From assembly GCA_002633005.1 (NCBI GenBank), contig NMRA01000492.1, positions 209,418 to 273,417 of the forward strand: a stretch of DNA of 64,000 bases. Reading direction: 5' to 3'. The notes under the pieces are model-generated. The model was given only the letters and a program-made list of their open reading frames with translations, did no database searches and had not been told where the DNA came from. This stretch comes from Phoronis australis. Taxonomy: Eukaryota; Animalia; Phoronida. Of the stretch, positions 36,501 to 51,500 are shown piece by piece. The position numbers were made by a program, and so were the translations under genes. Positions within the stretch are counted from its first letter, which is position 1. Each line of letters opens with the position of its first letter.

Positions 36501-39500
36501 TAATGGAATAACAATGCCTACAAGAGCAACGCGGAGCGTTGAAATGCGCCCACGAATGCAATGCAAATGGTGTGCTTTTAGGGGGTTTTGTTTGTATCAT
36601 CGAAATGGCCATTATATGGCACAAAATACGTCGAATCCATCTGAAAACCAGAAAATGTCATCGTTTCTTTAAAAGAAAGCAATTTACCAAATTTCATTAA
36701 AACTCATTGAGGAACTTCAGAGAAACAGAGGAAAACGAAAAAAAAAATGAAACTGCCACTAGGGGGGCACAGTAGTCGTCGGATCAGTCTATAAGTCGTC
36801 GTCTTCTCTTGTTAACTTCACATAAATTTAAAAAGATCCTGCAGAGGGCTTAGGAGATACAGATATGGGTGCGAAAACAACAAAAATGGCCACTAGCTGA
36901 CGCAAACTACGAATCCATCCGAAAACGAGAGGATAGCGTCATCTCACTTAATAGATGTCTATGTGCCAAATTTTATGGAAATCCGTAGGACCTTTGAAGA
37001 TACAGAGGTAAATGTAAAAACTAAAACTGCCACTAGGGGGCACACGGTACACCGATCTGTTTGAAAGTCGTCGTCTTCCATTGTCAACTTCATATAAATA
37101 CATTTGCTAAATTTAATGAAGATCCTGTAGAACTTTTAGGAGATACAGCCATGGGCGCAAAAACAAACAAAATTGCAACTAGGAGGCGCCACTGTAGTTG
37201 ACGTCATCGGAAAATCCTCGTCAACTGTCTTCCTCATAGTAAGAACATACATGCCAATTTTCACAATCATCCTTAAAGTGATTTGGTTGTTAGAGGGACA
37301 GATGCCAAAAAACGACTCGAAAACAATAAAAACGGCCACTAGATGGCGCAAAATGCCTGCAATCCATCCGAAAACGAGAGGGTAGCGTCAACTCATTAAA
37401 AGATTGCTATGTGCCAAAATTTCACAAAAATCGGTTGAGGACCTTTGAAGATACAGAGGCAAACGTAAAAAACTAAAATTGCCACTAGGCGGCACAGTGG
37501 TATTCGCCTCGGTCCGAAACTCGTCGCCCTCTGTCATCAACCCCATAGGAACACACTTGCCAAATTTCAATAAGATCCTGCAAGGGGTTTAGGAGATACA
37601 GCCGATGACGCCGGACACCGGACAAAAATGACGGCAACATGCGACCAATAAATATGTGGGCGCATAATAATAATTGTCTGGTACTTCGTCTCACTTGACA
37701 CATCCTCAAGGATGATACATAAAACAGTGATCGCACAAAAACATCATACATTGAAGATGGCCGAGATTTTATGTATTTCAAGTAGTCTAACGTGTTCGTA
37801 TTGTATTTTGTAGTAGCACATGAGGAATTCTGTGGAGGAGTAAAACTAAACTTTGATTAAAATGATACTAAACCCCGTTTAGGTGATTTCAAACAATCCT
37901 CATTTTGTCAACTGCTAATGTGTCATTGACATCCCACATGATAAAGCAAGATTAAACTGAAAAATCGTACTCTCTGAGTCAAAGATTGGATATTAGGGCT
38001 CTTAGTAGGTGAACCTTTCCTACAATTATCTAGTAACATGCCAAAACATTAGGCCATGTTTGTCCATTAAGCAGATTTTGTAAGGAGTTTTCAAAGTTTG
38101 CTCCAAATTTTTAGGGTCATCGAGGATTCTAGAGCACTACCTTGCTACAGAGAACTGGACGTGAAAGTCATTTTTAACAGCTTTTAAAAGGACAAAACCG
38201 GATTTAGTATCCTTTCATGGTTATATCAGCTGTAAACAGATTTTACAGTTCGCATGTTCCCCTTATCCCCATACCTTGTGTGTCCTTATTGTCTGGCCAG
38301 GCTTTACCCAGGGCCTGGAAACACGTGCATTTGATGGACTCTGTCTTGTCACGACCGTAGTTCTCGCTTTGGTCCTCACTCATGGTCTGTAACAAGAGTG
38401 AACAAACAGCAAAGTTAAACAACAGTCGTCACTAGTCTTCTAACATTCCATAGTCAATGCAACTCTCTCTCTCCCTGATACATCTGACAGCATTAAGTTC
38501 AAGCAACAAATAAACATATGATGAAAAGATCAGACGTGTTGTCACTATCCTTACAACAGATGGTGCCACTGGGCCTTGCTCTTCAAAGGAAATTAAAACT
38601 GCTTTACAATAAGTCACTTTTTGACAACATGCAAGAGATCATGATCTGGGTAACTACAGACTTGTTCACTGTATTCATCTTCAAGTTTGGAGGAAAACTG
38701 TAACTCGCATTCAAAGTTATTCCTTGGAAACCACAGTGTATGACAATAGAACATTGGTTGGCATAGTACATCCCCGGACAACAGACAGGAACTGACTTGA
38801 ACACACAATGCAAACAGCTACAGGCAAACCTGTTGAGCATACAAGGCCTCTGTAGTACTTACTTTAGTCAACACAGGCAGCACAATACTGGTGACCTGCT
38901 CATAGCGATCGATGTCGTAGGTCTCCAATATGGAGGTCAGACACGTGACCGCCTCCATCTTGTAGTCAATGTTCTCCTTACGGCACTCTTTCATTATGGC
39001 TTCACAGATCTGTGCAAGGGTAGGCTCACTGGTACAGCCTTCAAGGGAGGATCTGCAGAGGAATGGATGAAATAGCTAGCGTAACTGATCACCAGGTGGC
39101 GCTCAACTCCACTACTAGCAACTTCATAGTTAAAGCTGCAGTTGAAAAGTGCAAGTGCGGAGACTGTATTCATGTTTGGCAGACGTTTCTAGCCTTGAGA
39201 ACATACACCACCTTTACAACCATGGAAAGATGAGACAAATCAGAGTACACTGAAGGAAGTTTCAAGCCAAATAACAGAGCTCCCAACAAGGATGATGCAG
39301 GAAACCATCACGTGTGAAATACCAGTGTCAACCATACACATTCACGTTCTTTTCAGTCAGATATCCAGTAGTGTTACACAGATGCGGCAATAAATCAAAT
39401 ACAAGAAATAAGGGCTCGTGTTTAGTGACGTTAACTATTTCGGATTAGCCGTGTTGTTCTTAAGACCAGTAGATAGCGCTACGGTCAAGCAGCACAATTT

Positions 39501-42500
39501 TACCACACCGCTTGACCAAAGCTCCATGATCTTAGCAACAGTATTCAGTCAAGCTGATGTATATGAGCTGCAGACAAGACGTTGTTCAATGCCAGTCATT
39601 ACTTCCAATATATGACAGTATCTACCAGTATCAAGCTTTACTGATAATGATGATGTTGATAAAAATTAAAAAGACCAAATCATTATTAATATACAGAATG
39701 GTCACTTACAGCATTTGACAAGTGTCAAGTCAAGGCATAACCAACAGAAGATATCAATTATAGGACTAGTGAAATGCAATATTTACTCTGTTCATCCTGC
39801 TGCTATTATTATCCAGAATGTTGCCATTATCGTGAATACAACTGTTATCCAGAACGTTACAATTATCCTGAACGCTAATATTATCCTGAAGTAACATCTG
39901 CTCCCTGATAACAAAGCATGACACAAAGCACCATTCACAAAATAGGAAATGACATGTCACAGAACCAAAACGTTCCATTTCAAGATTCTTACCTGCACTT
40001 GACGCATACTGAAGAGATGGCTTTTAGTAATGTTTCCTGAAACAGACACGTTGCCAGTACTATACATGAACGAGGATATAGAACAATTTGTTATTACACT
40101 TCAAGTGATGTTCAACACTATGTAGGCAGAAAGGGTTTGATGGTCTTAGCACTGAGGTTGGCAATGAAAGGAAAGCACAATGCAGTGATATTCAGTCTTC
40201 CACTAATATCCACGTGAAATATTGAAACTTCATTTAATTGCCATTCCATCAGTTTAAGTTCAATGGAAAAATTAAGATGCCTTTTAATGCTGGCTATAAT
40301 GTTCACATGTGTCACAAAGGAAAAAGACAGTCATTCCTGAATGCAGCATTTCACCCTGTTTGGTGGGCTAAAAAACAAAAATGTACTCTTACAAAATCAG
40401 TCACACGATATTTTGTACCAAGATAACATTCTATTTTAGCTACCGACAAGAGCATCATGGTGAATTTTAAAATCATTTCATGGCGTATGGACACATTGTC
40501 TGTGCAAGAGCAATTGACTTTAATTTTGGGTATGGGGGGTTGGGGGGTACTTTTAACATAAACCCCTCCCAAGAACATTCTTCATTTTAAGGTTCCATTT
40601 AAAGAAATTAAGATGCAAGAAATGAAAACTCAACTCTCAAACTTTTTGGAGTTAATTTGCAAAGGGTGCCATAAAATCCAGATATGTGAACTGCACAAAA
40701 TTTCAGATCCACAAATTGAAGTCAGCACATTTTATGAACATACAATTAGAAATTACCTTGCCCGTCCAAGTTCTGCCAGTCAGTCCAGAAAGCAGAGCTG
40801 CTAGCAGCGCCCCTAGGTGGGGCTGGGTCAAACTAGAACCTAACTTGGAGGCCACAGTGCTCATGGCAGAGGCCGCCTGGGCCTTCATCAGCCACGACTG
40901 TGATTGGCTGGCTGTCTGGGTGATCTCCACCAGTTCTGTCAGCAGCAGTCTGATACCGCCCTCTGTGCCTGGAAACAGAAACTACAGGGTGAATGCTTAG
41001 AACACATAAGAGGAAATTTCAGAAGGGCTTTTGTTAATAATAATTCAAACTTCATCGCACTACATTAAAACAGCAGAGTTTAAATTACATGGCATGATGC
41101 AAAGTGTACAGTAACCAGGCCACGTGTTTTGGTATGCCAGTCTCCACCTTGTTACCAGAAAGTTGCCCACTTTCCACTCATGTGGGAACCTCGGGCAAAT
41201 GATTTTTTCAACCGAAGTCTAACTCTTGTCGCTACAGCAGAGAACAGCCATGCCTGCACTGCCACCTGAAGGATGTCTGCACCATTACCTGGTGTAGCGT
41301 CCAGCCATACTTCCTCCCAGATTGCCTTATTGTCCCCTTCTTCGTGCATGGCTAGGAACACCAGCGGTAGTGCTTGAGCTGAGTGACGCTTCAGCACGTC
41401 TGGGCTGTTCTGTCCAATAGCCTGCAAGGTGACACCACACGCCTGACGGACTGTCTCGTCTGAAACACAAAAGGAACTCACTAGAACTTCAAAAAAACCG
41501 CACATCATTGTCAAAGGGAAAGTGATGCTACTGTGATTCTCTGATGAACAAAGTTGATGCACATTGACCAAGTGGTTAAAGTAAAAGAAACTATCAAGAA
41601 GAAATGAATTGCATATCATGTCTTTGTGAGGCACTGCTCACAAGCCCCACCCCCCGCCCCTCGTTTGATGCCTAAATTGGGCAACATGGGTCGCTTGGGA
41701 GCTTGCATCGGCTCAAACAGGCAGCCAACAAAATTAGGGGCTTGTAAAAATGCACAATACTATAAAAGAGGCTAAGAGAGAACTACTGAACAATCACACC
41801 TTCAAGTTACTGCCACGATCATAATGAAGACAGTTCAAAGCCGCCATTATCACAGCCCACACTACGGCCACCTCCCTCCTACCTTCTTTCTCCATGTACC
41901 AAGTTTTCAAGCGGTTAATCAACTTCTCCACACTGGTGTCCTTAGCAACCTTCACCAAGTTCCCAATGGCGCCAGCATAACTCTTGCGCACTGCGGCACT
42001 CCTGTCTCCAAGTCCATTCAGTAGTGCAGCCAACAGCTTGCCTGGAACAACAGCAAGTTGCCAGCAAACATTTCCTTTTTCTTTGTCCATTATACCGTAT
42101 TTACCAAATTAGCCAGGTTTAACGTTCAGAGTTTGAAAAGGAAACTCACAAACGACAGGGATGGGTATTAAGCCAAGCATAGTCAATAACTAATGTAAAT
42201 AGCAACAAAACTTTGAGTTCAGGTTTGAAACTTAATATCTAAACGGCTTTAACAACTTCCGGCAAATTGCATTCTCAGATCAACTGCTTCATATGCATTG
42301 GCACACTAAGCAGAAAATATTTTGTTCCGTAGCCACAATACGTTACTGAAACTCGAACTTTCTGCTCACAAGAACATGAATGCAATCCTTACCGAATTAA
42401 TTGGGAGTTGGCACATAATCACATTACAATCTCTTAATGAGACGTCGTAAGGAGTCCACAATACGTGTCAACAGACAAAATGACACGTCATGCCAGGTAA

Positions 42501-45500
42501 TGCCCAACATGAAACATTACGATGGATCATTCTTACTAGGTACTCTGATGAGGAATAGCACTCTGTCAACAAAAGGAGGAATTTCACATAAGCTTAGCTG
42601 CCATAACTGGGAATTGCTGGTCATATTGTCCGATTATTTTTGGCATGCAATGCAGCTCAATCCCACCACAATGTACTACTGTACAGGAGTAAACTCTATA
42701 GAGGAAAACAATTATTATACACACCTGCAAATGGAGTGACATCTAGAGGACACTGCCTGACGATGGACACTATAAAGCTGGCGCATCCTGCTTTAGTGCC
42801 AATGCCGATTCCACTACGGATGATCTCAGTAAGGCGTGGCACCAGCTGGGGTAGGGTGGTGGTGTCCACATACTGCACACATAGGTTGATGGTCTCCATC
42901 ATAGGAGTGGACTTAGATGCACTGATGCGGGCAGTGTCCAGCTTGTCTAAGGCCGACTGATTGGACGCCACCTGTTGGGCAGATGGGACATTGTGATATG
43001 AAGGGGACAGACTACACTACATAATTAATTTCCCTGAGAAGTGTTATACAGAATTTTCGTTGTTTTTCACATATTAAGTTACATGGCTTAGAAATTGTTG
43101 CCTTGAACAAATCAACATGTCAATAATTAATTCACTCTTGTAAACCACTAGATTAAATTAACACTTCATTTTGGATGTCTAGTCGATGGCTTTGTTAGAT
43201 CTAACTGTCACAACTGAACAAATTGTGGCGACCCACAAACTATCACAGTTTGTGCAGGTCTTCAAAGCACAAATTGTGATATTTTATCATTGAGATAATT
43301 AATGGTTTGTGGGGTTGCACAAACTGCCGCAACCTTCATATTGCTAAAGTTTGCACGGACCTAAATAACACAAATTGTCGGAACATAACCAAGACACAAT
43401 TGGGTGTGAATGGTTCTTCCCCTTAGGGCTCTAAGTTACTCCAGGGATAATACCAACAGATGTGGAAATGTCGGGAATTCTGGGTATCATAATATCCTCT
43501 CTTGTTGAAAACTAAGGCAATCGAGCATCTGGGGAACAAAACAGCAGGAAGTGTTGCATAACTCAGGGTAATATCCTCACCTGAAGGCTGAGGTAGTTGA
43601 GCATCTGTGGCTCCAGGTTGCTCAGCGACTCTAGTAGCGCCACCACGAGGAGAGAGATGTGAGGCTTGAGGTGTGAGCCAGCATTCTTACTCATCTTGAC
43701 AAGAGTTTGTAGGCTAGAACATAGTGGACACTTGTCAGTAATTGTAGATAAAAGACTTGCTGAGATGGACACAGCAATTATTCAATGATACACAGTCAAA
43801 TATTCTGGCCATACTCTGAGAATAGTATGACAAGAGACCTAGGACTGTGTCTCCAAAGCTTTACCCAAGCCTCTACTCAAAGATCGACCAATCATACAAA
43901 AGGAAATCATTCAAAATCCAATTAATGTGTATGGCTAAACACCAGTCTAGCCATTGAGTAAAGCTTGATGAAATGGGCTCCGATGTAGTGGTCAGACCAA
44001 CCATGATCATGTTAAAGTCATTGGCAAGAGAATTCATGAACCTAGTGACAACAACATGTACCACCCTGAACAAAAACTTAAAGCTGCACCTAGCCCTGTT
44101 AATGGAAACTTTACATGTTGTTCCAAGACAAATACAAATCCAGTTAGTGATACTAAGTTTCATACTTGTGGATAAACTGGACGAAATAGAATTTTGCCCG
44201 TTGACCACATTGTTTGAAGAATGACCCTAGGTGACACAAAATACACGAATGTCACGTGACATCCATCAAACACCAAATAAAAGAGCATCACAGATAATGT
44301 CGCACCTTATGGCTCGTACTTCCTGCACAGAGCTCGCCAGCCCAGACTTGAGCAGCGTGGGAAGGACTGTGCTGACAGCCTGTTCACCCACCGAGCCATT
44401 GTTGACATCACAGATACGAATGGACACCTATGAACAAGACAGGACCAAGTAATACACGCATAGTTGATCAGTTTGTTCCTATGTTTGTAAGGCAGGCACT
44501 TGAGAGCTTCTTTGTTAGGCCAGGAAAAGATTACTTAATTCCAAGATAACACTGTGAATAATCCTCAAGTATTAAAAATCAGTACTGTGTTTTGTAGTTC
44601 CCTCTGCTTTCTATCACAAACTGCTTCACATTACATTTCTGAAACCATAAAATAGTGTTTCTGACAATAATCAAAACTTAAGAACTTTTGGAACATCAAA
44701 AAATTATAAAGTAAATCTTTTCAAAAAATGCTCTAGAGCCAATCCTATGATTTTTTGAGAGTATAAATTGTCATGACATATTTGAAACAGATGTATTACA
44801 CATGTTAAATAAAGTGACAGTAATTCTTTTTACTTTAACGATCGATAACTAACACCAAAAGAATATAAATTAAAAATCCTGGCATGCGATTGTTCTTCAA
44901 GGCATTGAATACTGATTAACACAAAAAGTTTGTAAAAAAGTGGTCTGGTTCCAAAGAAATAAGGAAAATGTGGCAACAGGTATGCCAAAAACATGAATGG
45001 AGATAAACACGCTCAGACACCATTTATGCAATATATTGAACAACTTGTTACTGAAGAAACTATGTCTAACATGTTGACAATCAGATTTTTATCATTTTCT
45101 TGTCAAAAAACTGTCTGTCCCTTTAATACTGACTAACTGGCAGGCGAAGTAACAAAGACTTGCGACATTCATGCAAAGGCATAATTGCTGTTTATAGCCA
45201 AACATCCTTAGAACATATGCATACAAAATCAAACCAATATCCCGGTTACAGATAAATGCAAACAAATAAGAATAAAAAATGCATGCTCTTGCACAGTAAG
45301 AGGTCAGTGTCACGAATTTGAAAGACAGGAACCGGGTCAGATGCTGCCATAGAATTTAATTCAACAGCTGGGTAACTGTTAAGTGCCTTGGTAGATAAGT
45401 ACATAGTTGATGCTTAGACTGGCAGGTATTTTCATTTCATTAGTCAGACATGGTGAATAACTAGATAATTCCTCAACATGACAGTCAGGAAATCTTTGTA

Positions 45501-48500
45501 AACAGTACTTCCGTACACTCCATTTTCGCTATGAAAAAACAATTCAGATGTTATCAGTTTACAAAAAAACCTTTGAATGGTTCTACCACAAATTGCACCA
45601 AAGTCACACTTGATGACATCATCATGTTAATTCAGCCATAGACTTACAATAAGTTTTTACACAGTCACTTACTCTGCTTAGTGTCTTACAAGCAACTTCG
45701 GCAGCCTTTCTCACCGATTCCTGGAATGTAAACAATAACCGTCCAAAGTCAGTAGTTCAACAAAATACTAAGGATTCTTCTTATACCACATATACTTTAA
45801 AAGTTTGGGGGCACGGGTGCTTTACAATCTACTGATGCTTTTGTGAATATTTTAGAACAGTATTATGTCACAGAGAAATATATATTTCGAAAAATAGACA
45901 GTTTGATTGATTTAGAAATAGATGGCTAAATTTTTATCACATAACTGAAAATTTGAGTGACCGTGTGCATGTATGTGTTCATTGTGATTTACATTCATTG
46001 TAATATTACTTATTAATAATAAATGTATAAAAAAGAATTTGTGATCTGACACGCATGCACACAACACACTGTAATACCATTATAATAAAAATTAGCAACA
46101 TTTGCTAGTTGATTAAGAACCAGATTCTTTATTCAGCAGCAAAACATTCCTGAAACTAACATGTCCACACTAAATAATATCTCAAATGTCTCTGCTTATT
46201 ACCAAAAACAATTATTAAACTTAAAGTGAAAAAGGTTTGGTTTAAAATTGAAAAAATTCTGCAAATGACAGTACAATCATGTACAATTATGTTTCGCCCT
46301 CTGACTCACTCCATTCGAGGGGGGGTTGTCATCTCCCCATGTTATCAGCAACTATTTGACAATCTCTCAAGTTGTTCACTTGACAAGAGTAAATGTGATG
46401 ATTGTAAAGCCCTGTCTGCACACTCTGCCTTTCTGAATACAATGTCGTAATAACTAATCCGTCTGTGCAGACAAGTGTTCTGACCGGAATTTTAAAGCAA
46501 AGGTCGTGCACTTCGTTCAACTTTCATATGACTGAGGAGAAATCGTAAACAGCTTTTAAACAATTGTTTTTTTACTATGATTGTTGAATACAAAGTTGAT
46601 CCAAAGCTGCATACAAATAACTCGAATGCGTGAACAGGGCTTAACAAAAACTGTAGCGTCAAAGATGTCACACATTAGTAAACCGACGACTTGCCTTAAT
46701 GTCATCTAACACTTTGAGTAGTGTTTCCCACAATGCACCAAGTTGATCGATGACATCATCAAGGGGACGACCTCTCAAGAGGTCATTCACAGCCATGCAG
46801 CTGGAAAAAAGAACAGACAATTAGCCACTGTCTGCAAATAAGTCCAGCTTTACTCAGATCAGTAACCAAACCAGTCATAGTAAACAATGCCTTCACGCAT
46901 GATAATTGAATATACAGAGTTCACATTTGAACACGTTTTGTGACTGTAGAGCAAACATATCGAGGAAAAATTTGAAGGCACAAAATCATTGGATGTTGAT
47001 TTTCTGTAGATGTCCCCCGTAATTTACTTGAAGGTAGCACAGTCTTCAGTCCTGTGGGGACGACAGTTCATGAGTTTCTCATTATCAAACTTTAACTCTG
47101 AATCAGTCGACCCGTCTGTTAGAGACAACATAAATCTTTGTTCTCTCGAGTACAGAAATGACAATTATTTGAGTCCATCCTTTCGTGGTGCATACCAACC
47201 AGAAGGACCATATGATAAAAATCCATCTCCCTAGAAAGCATTCCTCCCTCATCCCACCCACATTAACACAAAACAACACCTCCCAATCACACACACTCTC
47301 AGCACGGCATTGTTCTCAGCCTCTCCACTCAACTGGACTCCCACCCCTCCACCCACCTGGGCTCTAACCCCTCCACTCAACAGTACTCCCACCCCCTCCA
47401 CTCACCTGGATTCCCGCACCCTCCACTGACCATTAGTCAGGTTCTTGACCAGGTCAGTCATGATGTCGCGCAGGTACTTCTCCACGGTGCCCTTGTTGTC
47501 CGTCACCAACGAGTTCCATATGCTGGTCATAGCCTGTTGTATGCGGGGGTTGGGGTCGAACTGGTACCTGTAGAGGCGAGGCACGATTTGCCCCAGATAA
47601 GGTGCCATCTGTTGACCGGCTTGGGATGCAATGGTGGAGAAGCCGAAGGCAGCACCCTGAGAAGAAATATCANNNNNNNNNNNNNNNNNNNNNNNNNNNN
47701 NNNNNNNNNNNNNNNNNNNNNNNNNNNNNNNNNNNNNNNNNNNNNNNNNNNNNNNNNNNNNNNNNNNNNNNNNNNNNNNNNNNNNNNNNNNNNNNNNNNN
47801 NNNNNNNNNNNNNNNNNNNNNNNNNNNNNNNNNNNNNNNNNNNNNNNNNNNNNNNNNNNNNNNNNNNNNNNNNNNNNNNNNNNNNNNNNNNNNNNNNNNN
47901 NNNNNNNNNNNNNNNNNNNNNNNNNNNNNNNNNNNNNNNNNNNNNNNNNGTTGTTAACATCATATAAATATACTTACACAATTTCGTAAAGATCCTGCAA
48001 ACGGTTTAGGAGATACAGCCATAGGCGCAAAAAAAACAAAACTGCCACTAGGAGGCGCCACAGTAGTCGAAATCGTCGGAAAATCATCGTCAACCGTCCT
48101 CTACATAGTAAGCACATACATGCCAATTTTCACAATCATCCTTTGAGCGGTTTGGTTGATAGAGGGGTGGAAGCACAAAAACAGACTCGAAAACAGTAAA
48201 AATGGCCACTAGGTGGCGCAAACTATGTCGAATCCATCCGAAAACGGCAGGATAGCGTCATCTCACTACTAGGTGCCTACATACCAAATTTCATGAAAAT
48301 CCGTTCAGGACTTTTGAAGATACAAAGGTAAGCGTAAAAAACTAAAATTGCCACTAGGGGGCACACCGGTAGTCGGATCTGTCCGAAAGTTCGCACATGC
48401 CATCCCATTCATGAATGGAACATATGTGCCAAATTTCATGAACGTATGTCAAAGGGTTTTGGAGATAGAGCAGCGGACGCCGGACGCCAGACGCCGGACA

Positions 48501-51500
48501 CCAGACGCCGGACGGACGCCGCCCGGACGGACGGACAGAGATGACGACATAATACGTCCACATATAAATATGTGGGCGCATAATAAAATGATAAAATTGC
48601 CAATAGAGGGGTCGTGGTCTACTTTCGTCACGTCCACATCTGCCAACTTTCATGAAGGTCCTCCAATGGCTTTTGGAGATACAGCTGCAGCAGATTTCAG
48701 ACATCCAGACAGAGATGACTGCAATATGCACCCAGATATGTGTATGTGGGCACAAACATGGTATACAAGAGCAACGTGGAGCATTGAAATGTGCCCACGA
48801 ATGCACCGCAAACAGGGTGATTCTAGGGTTATATATTTGTATCATTACAATGGCCACTAGATGACGCAAAGATGTCCAATCCATCCGAAAATGGGAACAT
48901 GCCACCAATTCCTTAATAGAAAGCTTTCATAAAAAACTGTCAAGGAACTTCAGAGAAACAAAAGGAAAGTAAAAAATGAAATTGCCACTAGGGGGCGCAG
49001 CATTTGTTGGATCCACCTAAAAGTCATCGTGTGTTGTTAAGTTCACGTAAATAACCTTACTAAATTTAATAAAGATCTTCCAATGAGTTTAGGAAATGCA
49101 GCTATGGGCACAAAAAAACTACCACTAAGAGTCAAAGTCGTCATCGTCAACAGTCCTCTTCACACTGAGAACATATAAGCCAATTTTTAAAAGCATCCTT
49201 AGAATGGTTTGGTTGATAGAGGGTGGACACAAAAACAGCGAAAATGGTCACTAGGTGGCCCAAAATACCTTGATTCCATCCAAAAACAGAAGGAAAGCTT
49301 CATCTCACTAAAAGATGCCTATATTCCAAATTTTATGAAATTCCGTTAAGGACCTTTGAAGATACAGACTAAATGTAAAAAATAAGACTGCCACAAAGGG
49401 GCACACTGGTAGTAAGATCCATCCAAAAGTCGTGGTCGTCTGTTGTCAACATACACTTGCTAAATTTAGTAAAGATCCTGTAAATGGTTTAGGAGATGCA
49501 GCCACGGGCACAAAAAAAACAAAACTGCCAATAATCCTTAAAGGGGTTTGGTTGATAAGAGAGGTGGACACCAAAAAACAGACTCGCAAACAATAAAAAT
49601 GGCCACTAGGTGGCTAAACTACATCAAATCCATCCGAAAACAAGAGAATAGCGTCATCTCACTAACAGATGCCTATATGCCAAATTTTATGAAAATCTGT
49701 TGAGGACCTTTGAAGATACAGAGGTAAACGTAAAAAATTAAAATTGCCACCAGGGGGCACACCAGTAGTCTGATGCATCCAAAAGTCGCCATCATCTGTT
49801 GTCAACATCATGTAAATACACTTGCTAATTTAATAAATATCCTGCAAACAATCCAGGAGATACAGCCATGGGCACAAAAAAAACTGCCACTAGGAAGCGC
49901 CGCAGTAGTTGAAGTCATCGGAAAATCATCATGAGTCGTCCCCTTCATAGTAAGAACATACAATCTTCACAATCATCCTTAGAGCGGTTTGGTCGATGGA
50001 GGGGTGGACGCCAAAAAACAGACTCAAAAACAGTAAAAATGGCCACTATGTAGCTCAAATTACGTCGACTCCATCCGGAAAAGGGAGGATAGCGTCATCT
50101 CACTAACAGATGCCTATATTCCAAATTTTATGAAAATACGTTGAGGACTTTTGAAGATGCAGCGGTAAGCGTAAAAAACTAAAATTGCCACTAGAGGGCA
50201 CACTAGAATTCGGATCCATCCGAAAGTTGCTCATGTTGTCCCATCCATGAAAGAAACACATGTGCAAAATTTCATGAACATACGTCAAAGGGTTTTGGTG
50301 ATAGAGCAGCGGATGCTGGATGGACGGACGCCAGATGGACGGAGATGACGACATAATGCGTCCACATATAAATATGTGAGCACATGAAAAACCCACCTTT
50401 TTGGAGTTCCATACTGCATTGTGATTGGCAAGGTGCATAAACTTGTATATCAGATCTGGCTGATTGAGATCATTGGCTATTGAGCACAACTCTTTATAAG
50501 TCGACAGATTCTTGCTGAAAATACAAAATGTCAGTTATTAAATGAGATATCACTATCATTTTGAGAAAGAAGTTTTCACCCAATAAGTAAGTGATAACCG
50601 ACCGATTTTGAAGACTCGTGATGTTTTCTGCTTTTTCTTGGCTTCAGCAACTAGACTTAATTTCAACTTAGGAACACGAGTTCTGGAAAACAGCTTGGCG
50701 AATTTCACTGAAACTTTTCAATTTATTATACATCAATCCCAAAAACAATGTTGGAAGTTTCCTTTTAAACGCCTAGTTTTTGCGCACCGTAACATAGACA
50801 AATATGACTGCTATTCTTTACAAAAATACCTTACATTTTGCGAGTTAATTCGACATAGAAACCACACTACATTAGTAAAAAAATCCTAACAGGTGAAATT
50901 GTGAAGTTTGCATTTATAAATGGCCTCCTTAAAATCTAACAAGTGGTTAGTTTTCTATGGAAGGACCTTTCTCAAAAATAAAATTTTGAGTTAAAAAGGT
51001 AATAACAATAACAATAGCATCAATACAAAACATATTTTTATAACTTCAGTTCTTTTGTTTCAGCAAATATATACTAGTTGGCCTGTTTTTTGACAAATGA
51101 GTTAGAATGAAAGTCACTAAATAAGGTTTGAGATAACCTTAACACAAGTGGTATAGGTGTGGCCAATACTGGTCTATGCCATCAATACAGAACCCCATCA
51201 ATACAGAACCCCATCAATACAGAACCACCTCAATACGTACCCTTCAGGTGTGGTTCCCAGTTCACCTTCAGAGAAGACTTTAGTGTCGCCAGACACAGGC
51301 TTCTGAGCTCTGGAACATGGTATCACAATTAAAATGCAGACTTGTACACACACGTAAAGACCAACGTGGAATATTAATCATGAGGTATAATGTAGTGTAA
51401 TACAAACTCTGGATTTCTCATTTAAGTGCAGCCCACCATTGAGAAGAAACAACTAGACAAAGACAAAAATATGACGTGTGTAACAAGGCGTTGAGACGTG

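Noticed and set aside
48348-48908. 170-184 aa ORFs on both strands
   Set aside because: They fall within the Helentron-like tandem repeat and microsatellite, with no protein motifs; the same peptides recur at other repeat copies.
47950-50386. CRISPR-like array (regularly spaced short conserved motif)
   Set aside because: The intervening sequences are homologous to each other, the context is a eukaryotic intron, and no cas genes are present.
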